Below are positions 27,732 to 36,088 of a stretch of DNA of 36,088 nt, piece after piece. Within the stretch, counting starts at the first letter, position 1; every line of letters starts with the position of its first letter. Source of the stretch: Gemmatimonadota bacterium (GTDB lineage Bacteria > Gemmatimonadota > Gemmatimonadetes > Gemmatimonadales > GWC2-71-9); assembly GCA_039586365.1 (NCBI GenBank), contig JBDHKN010000049.1:1-36088 (forward strand), read 5' to 3'. Under the pieces are notes generated by a model. That model was not told the DNA's origin. It ran no database searches and worked only from the letters and a program-made list of their open reading frames with translations. Position numbers and translations under genes: made by a program.

Positions 27732-29642
27732 CTACCCATGCGCAACACGTGCCTGCCGGGTAGCCCTCCTACGCACACCCGCATCGAGGGTGCGCTTGCG
27801 AAGCCGGATTGCGTCCGGCGTCACCTCGATTAACTCGTCGTCTTCAATGAACTCGAGTGCCAACTCGAGGGTGACCTTGCGCGCCGGCTCGAGCAAGATG
27901 TTCTCATCTGACGCGGCCGCGCGAACATTGGTGAGTTTCTTCCCCTTGCCTACGTTGACCTCCATGTCACCCGGCCGCACGTGCTCCCCCACGATCATCC
28001 CCCCGTATACCAACGTCCCGGGCTCTATAAACAGAGTACTCCGCTCCTGCAGACCGTACAATGCATAAGCTACAGCCTCTGCCTCCCGATCCGCCACCAG
28101 TACACCCCGCCTCCTCCCACCGAGTGGCCCAGCCCAGGGGCCGTACTCCAAGAAGCGATGGTGCATCGTGCCCTCACCTCTGGTCTCGGTCAGGAACTCG
28201 GAACGGAAGCCGAACAGTCCCCGCGCCGGAATTGTGAAGCTCATGCGCACCCGGCCCCGGCCAGGATTGGTCATGTCGATCATCTCGCCGCGACGCGTGC
28301 CCATCCGCTCGATCACCACGCCCAGCATCTCCTCCGGGACGTCGGCCACAAACTCCTCATAAGGCTCGAGGCGCTCACCGTCAACCCCCTGACGGGTGAT
28401 GACTCGCGGACGGCTGACCTGGAATTCGTAGCCCTCGCGACGCATGGTCTCCATGAGGATCGCGAGATGCAGCTCTCCCCGACCGGAGACCAGCAATACG
28501 TCGGGTTGATCCGTATCCTCTACACGCAGAGCCACATTTCGCTCCATCTCCCGGAACAGCCGCTCGCGAACCTGCCTGGTGGTCACGAACCTGCCGTCAC
28601 GCCCAGCAAAGGGAGAGTCGTTAACCATGAAGTCAGCAGAGATGGTCGGCTCCTCCACAGCAATCCCGCGTAGCCGCTCCAATCGCGTGACGTCGGTCAA
28701 CGTCATCCCTATCTCGATATCGTCAATCCCGGCCAGAGCCACGATGTCCCCGGCAGCGGCTCTTTCCACTTCCACTCGTTCGAGCCCTTTGAATCCATAG
28801 AGCTTCTGCACTCTGCCCTTGATGGCTTCATCTTCCGCCACGTCACCCGCCTCCCCAAGCGGTAGCAGCGCCACTGTCTGCCCCACCCATACCTGCCCCC
28901 GCTCGACACGTCCGATCGCCACCCGGCCGAGGTAATTGGAGTAATCGATGGTCGACACGAGCATCTGGAACGGGGAGTCGGGGCCGCCGGGAGGAGCGGG
29001 AATAGTGGCTACTATTGCGTCAAACAGGGGGCCGAGGTCGGCTGATTGACGATTGACGATTGACGATTGACGATTGACGATTGACGGTGATTCGTCATCC
29101 GCGACGACGTGTTCATCAACCATCGTTCCCGTCGCCCAGCCATCCCGCGCCGATGCATAGAGAAACGGTGCATCAAGCTGGTCCTCTGATGCCTCGAGAT
29201 CCATGAACAACTCCAAGACTTCGTCGTGCACCTCCGAGGGGCGCGAGTCGGATCGATCCACTTTGTTGATGACGACAATCGGCTTGAGACCCAGTTCCAG
29301 CGCCTTACGCGTCACGAATCGTGTCTGCGGCATCGGCCCCTCAGCGGCATCCACCAGGAGAATCACACCCTGCACCATCCGCAGTATGCGCTCGACTTCG
29401 CCCCCGAAATCCGCATGCCCCGGTGTGTCCACGATGTTGATCTTGACATCGTTCCACGTCACGGCGGTGTTCTTGGAAAGGATCGTTATTCCCCGCTCGC
29501 GCTCCAAGGGATTGGAGTCCATGACCCGCTCCTGCACCTGTTGGTTGGAGCGGAAGACCCCAGCCTGACGGAGCATCTTGTCGACCAGGGTGGTCTTACC
29601 GTGATCGACGTGCGCGATGATAGCAACGTTGCGGGTTTCCAA
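27732..29642 (-). CDS. typA: Translational GTPase TypA/BipA
   Basis: [67 protein letters not shown] start. Confidence 0.97.
   Translation of the reverse strand: METRNVAIIAHVDHGKTTLVDKMLRQAGVFRSNQQVQERVMDSNPLERERGITILSKNTAVTWNDVKINIVDTPGHADFGGEVERILRMVQGVILLVDAAEGPMPQTRFVTRKALELGLKPIVVINKVDRSDSRPSEVHDEVLELFMDLEASEDQLDAPFLYASARDGWATGTMVDEHVVADDESPSIVNRQSSIVNRQSADLGPLFDAIVATIPAPPGGPDSPFQMLVSTIDYSNYLGRVAIGRVERGQVWVGQTVALLPLGEAGDVAEDEAIKGRVQKLYGFKGLERVEVERAAAGDIVALAGIDDIEIGMTLTDVTRLERLRGIAVEEPTISADFMVNDSPFAGRDGRFVTTRQVRERLFREMERNVALRVEDTDQPDVLLVSGRGELHLAILMETMRREGYEFQVSRPRVITRQGVDGERLEPYEEFVADVPEEMLGVVIERMGTRRGEMIDMTNPGRGRVRMSFTIPARGLFGFRSEFLTETRGEGTMHHRFLEYGPWAGPLGGRRRGVLVADREAEAVAYALYGLQERSTLFIEPGTLVYGGMIVGEHVRPGDMEVNVGKGKKLTNVRAAASDENILLEPARKVTLELALEFIEDDELIEVTPDAIRLRKRTLDAGVRRRATRQARVAHG
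29044..29085. repeat. Perfect (GATTGAC)6 heptamer tandem repeat inside typA
   Basis: Six exact copies (42 bp, frame-preserving) encoding SIVNRQS-type repeats. Confidence 0.95.
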
Positions 29643-29700
29643 GTCGATGGCGCCCTAGGTTATCGTTCTGTCACACTTAGCCGAAGCGGAGCATTATAGA

Positions 29701-29794
29701 AGAAGCAGGGGCTCGGAAGCAAGGAGAGCGGGGAGCAGGATGGTCAGCTATCAGCTCCCGGCTTTCGGCTCCCCGCTCCCGGCTCCCAGCTCCC
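29701..29794. repeat. Degenerate heptamer arrays in opposite orientations (GGGAGCN then NGCTCCC) at the CDF 3' end and typA promoter region
   Basis: AGCTATC AGCTCCC GGCTTTC GGCTCCC CGCTCCC GGCTCCC AGCTCCC (29746-29794), facing GGAAGCA/GAGAGCG/GGGAGCA (29715-29737). Confidence 0.8.
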
Positions 29795-30698
29795 CGTCGC
29801 CACACCCCGCCCCACGATTCTCTATTTGCAGTGTCACGTGGTTGATGCCCATAGTGGCCAAGCGCTGCTGCACGGTCTCCAACACAGGCTGGTTTTGTTG
29901 TGGATCCGGCACAACTGCATGGCCACTCATGGCGACCACGCCTGAAGTGACAGTCCACACATGCAGGTCGTGTACCTCTCGAACACCGCTCACACTCGTG
30001 ATCGCGCTTGCCACGTCGCCCAGGTAAATATGACCCGGTGTTGCCTCGAGCAGTACGTCCACGCTCTCGCGGACCAGACGCCATGCACCCATCAGAATCA
30101 ACAGCGCGATAACCACTGAGACGATGGGATCTGCTAGCGTCCACCCCGTCACCATAATCACGCCTCCAGCCAACACAGCGCCTACCGAACCCAGGAGATC
30201 ACCCAGTATGTGCAGGTAGGCTCCGCGGACGTTGAGCGAGTCCTCGTGTCTCCCGTGGAGGATTCTCAGCGCAATCGCGTTCCCCAACAGACCGACGCTC
30301 GCTATCACAAACAGTAGCTGTGGCTCTATCACCGGCGGATGCTGGAACCGCCCAATCGCGTGCCAGACGATCAGCCCGGCAAGTACGAAGAGCACGGCTC
30401 CGTTCACCAGGGCCGCCAGGATCTCCAGCCGCACATAGCCGTATGTCTTCTCTGGCGTGGCAGGTCGCTCGGCTATCCAGGAGGCGAACAGGGCCAGAGC
30501 AACGGCTGCCGAGTCAGTGAGCATGTGTCCGGCATCAGCCAGCAGCGCGAGTGAGTTGGCCAACCAGCCACCCGCGACCTCTACTAGCATGATCGTGACG
30601 GTGAGGACCAGTACCAGCCTGAGGAGTCGAGCGTGCTTCCGCGTGGGCGTTCCACCAGCGCACGTGAGTGAGTTGTCCGATCCTGGATGCGTCGCCAC
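29751..30698 (-). CDS. Cation diffusion facilitator (CzcD/ZitB-like Zn/Co/Cd exporter)
   Basis: SLALLADAGHMLTD, TYGYVRLEILAALVN, LNVRGAYLHILGDLLGS, VHDLHVW, HVTLQIE. Confidence 0.94.
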   Translation of the reverse strand: MATHPGSDNSLTCAGGTPTRKHARLLRLVLVLTVTIMLVEVAGGWLANSLALLADAGHMLTDSAAVALALFASWIAERPATPEKTYGYVRLEILAALVNGAVLFVLAGLIVWHAIGRFQHPPVIEPQLLFVIASVGLLGNAIALRILHGRHEDSLNVRGAYLHILGDLLGSVGAVLAGGVIMVTGWTLADPIVSVVIALLILMGAWRLVRESVDVLLEATPGHIYLGDVASAITSVSGVREVHDLHVWTVTSGVVAMSGHAVVPDPQQNQPVLETVQQRLATMGINHVTLQIENRGAGCGDGELGAGSGEPKAGS

Positions 30699-30752
30699 TT
30701 GCTCCGTTCCGTATCAGGGTGTCACGTCTTACCTTAACACCATCGGGCCCAC

Positions 30753-32090
30753 ATGGAAGAGATGACCCTAGGTTCCCTACTAGTGCGCGCGGCGATTGTC
30801 GTCGTGCTGTTGGCAACCAACGCCTTCTTCGTTGCTGCTGAGTTCGCGCTAGTTGCCTCCCGCCGTACGCGCATCGAAGAAATGGTCCGGCAAGGAGATC
30901 GCAAGGCCAGGATCGTGCAGACTGCGTTGCAGGACCTCTATCGCCAGCTCTCGGCGGCACAGCTTGGCATCACGCTCGCCTCGATACTGCTAGGCTACGT
31001 TGCCGAAGACACTGTCGCCGTCGTATTGCATAACTGGGTGTCCAGCCTGCCTCCGGTGGTGAGCTTTCTCGGACGAGCGACATTCATATCGGTCGTTGCA
31101 GTCCTTGTCATCACAGCACTGCACGTCGTCATAGGTGAACAGGCGCCGAAGGCGTGGGCGATCACCAATCCAGAAGTCACCAGCCGTTGGATCGCAGCGC
31201 CACTCATATTCTTCTCCTTGGTAACCCGACCGCTCACCAACTCCCTCAACTGGGCTTCCAGCCGGTTGGTACGTCTGCTCGGCATCAGAGGCACGCCCGA
31301 AGAGCTGGAGAACATCCATTCTCCCGAAGAGATCGTGATGCTCGTAAAACAGACCCACGAGTCCGGTCGGTTGGACGACCACGATGTCAGAATGATCGAG
31401 GGCGTGTTCGAGTTCACCGAGAAGAACGCCCGAGAAGTAATGACGCCCCGCACCGAGGTCATCGGCCTGCCCGCCGATCTCCGCATCGAGCAAGCTCTCG
31501 ATCGAATCGCCGACGCCGGTCGGTCCCGCTACCCCGTATATCAGGATTCGCTGGACGATGTCGTCGGAATCGTGCACGTGAAGCAAATGCTGAGTGCCGC
31601 AAGGCGTGATTCCGGCGACAAGGTGTCGTCTTTAATGCGCGCACCGCTGTTCGTGCCGGGCACCCGTGAAGTGGAAGACGTCCTAGCTGACATGCAACGG
31701 CTCAAGACCCACATGGCAATCGTCCTCGACGAGTACGGCGGAACCGCCGGCATTGTCACGATGGAGGATCTGATCGAAGAGATAGTGGGAGAGATCTACG
31801 ACGAATATGATGAGGCCGGGCCGGGACCCACCACCGGGACCGACTTCATAACGGTCCCCGGTGACATGGAGATAGTTGATCTAAACAAGAGATACGGATT
31901 CTCGATCAATGACGCAGACTACCAGACGATCGGAGGTTTCGTGTTCGGGCAACTGGGGCGCTTGCCAAAAACGGGTGACCGGGTGCGGTCGGACCGCCTC
32001 ACTTTCGAAGTCTTGGACATGGACGCACGACGGGTGGAGACGGTGAAGTTGATTCCCAATGAGGCCGACGCCGAGCAGCCGCCCACCTAG
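30753..32090 (+). CDS. Hemolysin/CorC family (CNNM-CBS-CorC) Mg/Co transporter
   Basis: [61 protein letters not shown]. Confidence 0.94.
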   Translation: MEEMTLGSLLVRAAIVVVLLATNAFFVAAEFALVASRRTRIEEMVRQGDRKARIVQTALQDLYRQLSAAQLGITLASILLGYVAEDTVAVVLHNWVSSLPPVVSFLGRATFISVVAVLVITALHVVIGEQAPKAWAITNPEVTSRWIAAPLIFFSLVTRPLTNSLNWASSRLVRLLGIRGTPEELENIHSPEEIVMLVKQTHESGRLDDHDVRMIEGVFEFTEKNAREVMTPRTEVIGLPADLRIEQALDRIADAGRSRYPVYQDSLDDVVGIVHVKQMLSAARRDSGDKVSSLMRAPLFVPGTREVEDVLADMQRLKTHMAIVLDEYGGTAGIVTMEDLIEEIVGEIYDEYDEAGPGPTTGTDFITVPGDMEIVDLNKRYGFSINDADYQTIGGFVFGQLGRLPKTGDRVRSDRLTFEVLDMDARRVETVKLIPNEADAEQPPT

Positions 32091-33013
32091 CCTTTGCCGG
32101 CTACACTATTCTGCGCGAGCCGGGCAGCAAGGGCTACGGCCTCCTTCATAGAGCCCGGATCCGCAACCCCCTGACCGGCAATATCAAAGGCCGTTCCGTG
32201 ATCTGGCGCGGTGCGGACGAATGGCAGACCAAGGGTCACATTCACTCCCTTACCGAAGCCAACGATCTTCACGGCCGTCATGCCAACATCGTGGTAAGGG
32301 GTGAGCACAGCGTGGAATTCACCCCGTAGCGCCCTAACAAACACGCTGTCGGCAGGCAACGGTCCCGTGGCGCCGAGTTCCCTTGCAGCCGGTGCAAGCA
32401 CCTCTAATTCCTCGCTCCCGAACAAGCCACTCTCGCCAGCATGTGGATTCAATGCACAGAGCGCGATTCGCGGTTCAGCAATACCCCACCATTCTCTCAG
32501 AGCCCGCACCGCAAGCCGGCCCACGCGCACCACCCGATCGATAGTCACCGCATGCACAACGTCCCGTAACGGCATGTGCGTGGTAATCAGTACGACCCGC
32601 AATCCGCCTGCCGTTAGCATCATCGCGGTTTCCACACCGCCAGAAAGCGCACCAAGCCATTCGGTGTGTCCGGGGTACTCATATCCTGCCAAGTGCAAGG
32701 CGCGTTTCTCGGCCGGACCAGTCACGACCGCTTGAATGGTACCGGACAAGGCCAGGGCAACAGCCTCCTCAACCTGCAGCGCTGTGAGGCGGCCAGCGTC
32801 TGCCGCTGATACCGCGAGCGTGTCACTACCGGTCCCGCTCCCCGCCACCGACTCGCCAACCACTATCTGCTCCGCCGGCATACCAGAGACCAATTCGCCG
32901 GGCCCGATCACGACATAATCCGCTCCCTCCGGCGGAGACTGCAACATCTTTCTCACGATCTCCGACCCGATTCCTCGCGGATCGCCGAGCGTAACTGCGA
33001 TGCGAGGCCGCAC
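32087..33013 (-). CDS. pdxA: 4-hydroxythreonine-4-phosphate dehydrogenase
   Basis: TLGDPRGIGSE, PGHTE, LNPHAGE.G, YHD, VNVTLGLPFVRTAPDHGTAFDIAG. Confidence 0.95.
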   Translation of the reverse strand: MRPRIAVTLGDPRGIGSEIVRKMLQSPPEGADYVVIGPGELVSGMPAEQIVVGESVAGSGTGSDTLAVSAADAGRLTALQVEEAVALALSGTIQAVVTGPAEKRALHLAGYEYPGHTEWLGALSGGVETAMMLTAGGLRVVLITTHMPLRDVVHAVTIDRVVRVGRLAVRALREWWGIAEPRIALCALNPHAGESGLFGSEELEVLAPAARELGATGPLPADSVFVRALRGEFHAVLTPYHDVGMTAVKIVGFGKGVNVTLGLPFVRTAPDHGTAFDIAGQGVADPGSMKEAVALAARLAQNSVAGKG

Positions 33014-33021
33014 GCGCGCCC

Positions 33022-34344
33022 TCAGAGTCTTATCGCTACGTACGTGCCTGCACGAAGCATCTGGAGAAACCGGTCGATTCCATTTTCCTCCGCTAGCCTC
33101 GGACTGAGTTGATCTCGCAACTCCTCGAACGTTGCAAGCCCTCCGGCACTTGCGCCCTGGAAGATCACAACGGCGTACGTCATACGCCCGTTGCCCCGAT
33201 CCTGCTCGATCGGCCCCACGATGTCACCGCGTTCGGCGCCCGCCAGCGGTTCGCGATATGCCTCCGGCAAGTTCTCGCGCGGGGCGTTCTCGGCCACACG
33301 CTGTTCGGATCGAGCGTGGTGTATGCGAACCAGCGAGTCGTAGGGCACTCCGGCCTGCAGCATCGATTTCACAGAGTCGGCTTCGAGTCGTGCCGCTGCC
33401 CGGTTCGCAGCGGTGACCTCCGGCGAGATCAGGATATGGCGAGCCTGAACTGCTGCCGGCTCGGCTCGCTGCACTTGGATGATGTGAAATCCGAATTCGG
33501 TGAATACGGGGTATGAGAACACACCTGGCCGGAGTCGGAACGCGGCCTCCTCGAATTCCCGCACCATCCCCTCCCCTCGCCTGAACCAGCCCAACTCACC
33601 TCCGCGGTCTTTGCTGCCAGGATCGGCAGAGTACTGCTGCGCCAACGTGGCAAAGTCAGCGCCGTCGTTCAACAGCTGTCTGATGGAGTCAGCCAGCACA
33701 TACGCTGCCTGGAGGGAGGCGCTGTCCGGCTCGGAAGCAACCACGATTTGCCGAAAGCTCACTGTAGGCGGCCGCTGACCGAATTGATTCTTCACTCGCT
33801 CATAGAAAGCTCGTAGTTCTGACTCGGTGGGCGGGAGAGGAACGATGTCCCCACGCGTTTTCAGTTCCCTTATCAGCGCCTCCTGTAACAACTGTCGCCT
33901 TTGCTGACGGGAGAGCCAGAGCCGGTAGTCATCAATCGACTTGAACCCGACCCCCTGAAGCTCACGTTCCAGATCGAGCTGGGATGGGACCTGATCGCGG
34001 ATGTTGCGAAGGGTTTCCTCGACGGCGCTCTGCACCTCCTCGTCGGTGACTTCCACCATGGTGTCGCGCTCGGCAGCTTGGACCATCAACTCCTGGTCGA
34101 TCAGGCCATCGAGCAGTTGCCGCTTGAATGCTGTTAGGGCCTGGGGATCAGTGGGAATTTGCCCTCCTTGGCCCTGGTAAGTGTTCATTTGTTCGACCAG
34201 CCGGGATTCAGGGATCGGCGTATCCCCGACGATCGCGACAATCCGGTCCACTCGCTCCCGCAGAACCTCCTGCCCGAGCGCCCCTTGCGAACCGCTAACC
34301 AGACCAAGGACAGCCAAAATAGAGACGGCCGTACTCCTATTCAT
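33022..34344 (-). CDS. surA: SurA-like parvulin peptidyl-prolyl isomerase/chaperone
   Basis: Signal peptide, VDRIVAIVG, DFATLAQQYSADPGS..GGELGW, EFEEAAF, GFHIIQV, ARHILI; directly upstream of pdxA. Confidence 0.85.
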   Translation of the reverse strand: MNRSTAVSILAVLGLVSGSQGALGQEVLRERVDRIVAIVGDTPIPESRLVEQMNTYQGQGGQIPTDPQALTAFKRQLLDGLIDQELMVQAAERDTMVEVTDEEVQSAVEETLRNIRDQVPSQLDLERELQGVGFKSIDDYRLWLSRQQRRQLLQEALIRELKTRGDIVPLPPTESELRAFYERVKNQFGQRPPTVSFRQIVVASEPDSASLQAAYVLADSIRQLLNDGADFATLAQQYSADPGSKDRGGELGWFRRGEGMVREFEEAAFRLRPGVFSYPVFTEFGFHIIQVQRAEPAAVQARHILISPEVTAANRAAARLEADSVKSMLQAGVPYDSLVRIHHARSEQRVAENAPRENLPEAYREPLAGAERGDIVGPIEQDRGNGRMTYAVVIFQGASAGGLATFEELRDQLSPRLAEENGIDRFLQMLRAGTYVAIRL

Positions 34345-35773
34345 TCTCGTGCTCCTTCGCTGGAGCGGAGTCTACTGCTTGGGAATGGTTCCCGACCCGC
34401 TCAGAATTCTCTAGTAATACCCGGAGGCGCGCGCCATGAGCCAGAGCCCGGTCTACACCTTCCAGTGAGACTTCCCACTCCATCTCGGCACGCAGTCGCT
34501 CTGCCAAGAACGGCGGCACAAGCACCAGCAACGCCAGATCACTCGTCACCTCCGCCATGTAGCGGTCGACTGCTGCGGCCGCAACACGCACTCTCTCGGT
34601 TGGGTCCTGCGCCCCGGCAAGCGCGGAATCCAGGGCCATGGCGCTGCGCAGTTGTCCCAGTTCCCATGCCATGGCCTCCTGCAACTCTGCAAGGTCTGGC
34701 TCGGTGAGCCCGTAGCCCGCCTCCCTAGCCTCCCGCTCCAAGACCTCGTTGCGCATCAGGCTCCTGAGGAATTGCTTCAGTTGCTCGTCGTCAGCTTGGC
34801 GTACCGTAGCGGCGTAATCGGGCGTCAACGCCCTTAGCCAGCGCACCAGATCAGCCGCCGTGAATCTTCCGCCCTTGTAGGTTCCCAGCACTTGACCCAG
34901 TCGTCTCGCGTGGGTTGGGTCCTCCGCAACCTCTCTAGTCTTCTCAAGTGCGTCCCCGTTCACGACGATTTCCCACCGCTCCTCCAGTTCGCCTGCGAAT
35001 GCCACGTTCATTCGCTGGATCATTAGATCCTGTATCGCAGTTGTGAATTCCTCCCTCACTTCTCCCAGTAGCGGCCGCTTTATGATGTGGTACCCTATGG
35101 CTGATTCAGTAACAGCCGATACTTCACCAGGGCTCAGTGAGAAAGCCACCTTGTCGAACTCCGGGACCGTCTCGCCTGGGCCAATCAATCCGAAACTGCC
35201 GCCCTCAACTCGCGATACCGAGTCCTCGTTCTCACGATTCGCCTCAATCCACCCAGTTGCACCACTCGCCGCCACGGCTCTCAGCTGCTCTGCTCGACGC
35301 CGCCTAGCAACCTTCTCGGCCTGGGTCATTCCCGCAGGTGCGCTTACCAGAATGTGGTAGATGAGCCGATGATCTCCCGCTTGGTAGGCGCTGTCCACTG
35401 CGGCATCGTCTACCACCACTCTTTGGCCGACAATCTCCCGGTGATAGTGTTTGATGATCTGCAACTGCGCATCGTCCCACATGGCATTCAGCACAGTGGC
35501 CGAATCGAGCAGTGAGTCTCCCTGGGCTAGTCGCTGGGCGAACAGAGAATAATCGACCCACAGGCCCGCGAGCCTTTCCAACACATCCCTTTCCAACGGC
35601 ACGTAGCTCCCACGAGCCGCTATTTCGGCTAACCTGTCAACCGGGAACTCCTGACCGCCAGCTCGCGCTACAACACCGCCCCGTCCGTCTGGAGCATCGC
35701 CGCCACAGCCAAGTAGAGAGAAGAGACTTACGATTAACAAGCCCCCGTGGGCCACCCGGATGCTACTCCTCAC
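34337..35773 (-). CDS. Parvulin-type peptidyl-prolyl isomerase lipoprotein
   Basis: Lipobox LLGC, HILV, GGSFG, VPEFDKVAFSL.PGEVS, GYHIIK. Confidence 0.85.
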   Translation of the reverse strand: MRSSIRVAHGGLLIVSLFSLLGCGGDAPDGRGGVVARAGGQEFPVDRLAEIAARGSYVPLERDVLERLAGLWVDYSLFAQRLAQGDSLLDSATVLNAMWDDAQLQIIKHYHREIVGQRVVVDDAAVDSAYQAGDHRLIYHILVSAPAGMTQAEKVARRRRAEQLRAVAASGATGWIEANRENEDSVSRVEGGSFGLIGPGETVPEFDKVAFSLSPGEVSAVTESAIGYHIIKRPLLGEVREEFTTAIQDLMIQRMNVAFAGELEERWEIVVNGDALEKTREVAEDPTHARRLGQVLGTYKGGRFTAADLVRWLRALTPDYAATVRQADDEQLKQFLRSLMRNEVLEREAREAGYGLTEPDLAELQEAMAWELGQLRSAMALDSALAGAQDPTERVRVAAAAVDRYMAEVTSDLALLVLVPPFLAERLRAEMEWEVSLEGVDRALAHGARLRVLLENSERVGNHSQAVDSAPAKEHENE

Positions 35774-36088
35774 CTAGCGGAACTCCTCGCTTTCTGTGTA
35801 TCGACGGTGTCGCCAGCGAATCTCAGTCGCTCTGCTTTCAGGATGGCCCGATCCAATCCGCCATAAGAGAACTCCCAGTCTGCTTCACGGCGGAGTTTGC
35901 GAGCCAAGAACGGGGGTACCAGCGTGACCCTGTCACCGGCAACGAGGATTCCAACCATGTATTGGTCGAGCACCTCACGAGCTATCCGCTCTCTTTCTCC
36001 TGCCCTTGCATGCGTCATGGCAGAGTCAACCTTCATTGCGATTCGCACTCCGGCTAAACGTCCGTCGAATTCCTCCCTCATCACTGTG
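35770..36088 (-). CDS. C-terminal part of a paralogous PPIase-like protein (start outside window)
   Basis: LVPPFLARKLRREADWEFSYGGLDRAILKAERLR aligns with LVPPFLAERLRAEMEWEVSLEGVDRALAHGARLR of the adjacent gene. Confidence 0.8.
   Translation of the reverse strand, partial: TVMREEFDGRLAGVRIAMKVDSAMTHARAGERERIAREVLDQYMVGILVAGDRVTLVPPFLARKLRREADWEFSYGGLDRAILKAERLRFAGDTVDTQKARSSAR

Noticed and set aside
29044..29085. Possible CRISPR array
   Set aside because: 7-bp units without spacers, inside a gene; no cas genes in the window

Overview
GC-rich bacterial chromosomal segment. The gene repertoire (Ser/Thr kinase-TolB fusion, PPIase-surA-pdxA run, integrase type) suggests Gemmatimonadota, which is an inference. 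Left end: N-terminus of a collagen-linker c-type cytochrome lipoprotein that the ORF track missed. Next come signal peptidase I, a kinase, an MFS transporter, acs, bactofilin, a chalcone-isomerase-like protein, a Tat DUF362 protein, a TPP enzyme, dienelactone hydrolase, an anSME radical SAM, an M20 peptidase and a polysaccharide deacetylase. The centre (about 18.4-25.2 kb) is a compact light-response locus: a CarH/LitR-type MerR-B12 photoreceptor, a class II photolyase, two fasciclin proteins, an SRPBCC protein and a DUF2867 SDR. It has two homologous sigma70 promoters overlaid with 11-bp-phased TnnAC(A/G) operator repeats and no carotenoid genes. It is followed by a His-rich two-repeat lipoprotein, a tyrosine-integrase relic with arm-type repeats beside a stand-alone tRNA-Ile(GAT), a very acidic microprotein, typA carrying an in-frame heptamer tandem repeat, CDF and CorC transporters, and pdxA-surA-PPIase genes. 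Degenerate 7-bp tandem repeats recur across the window and enter three coding sequences. No CRISPR array or rRNA was seen.
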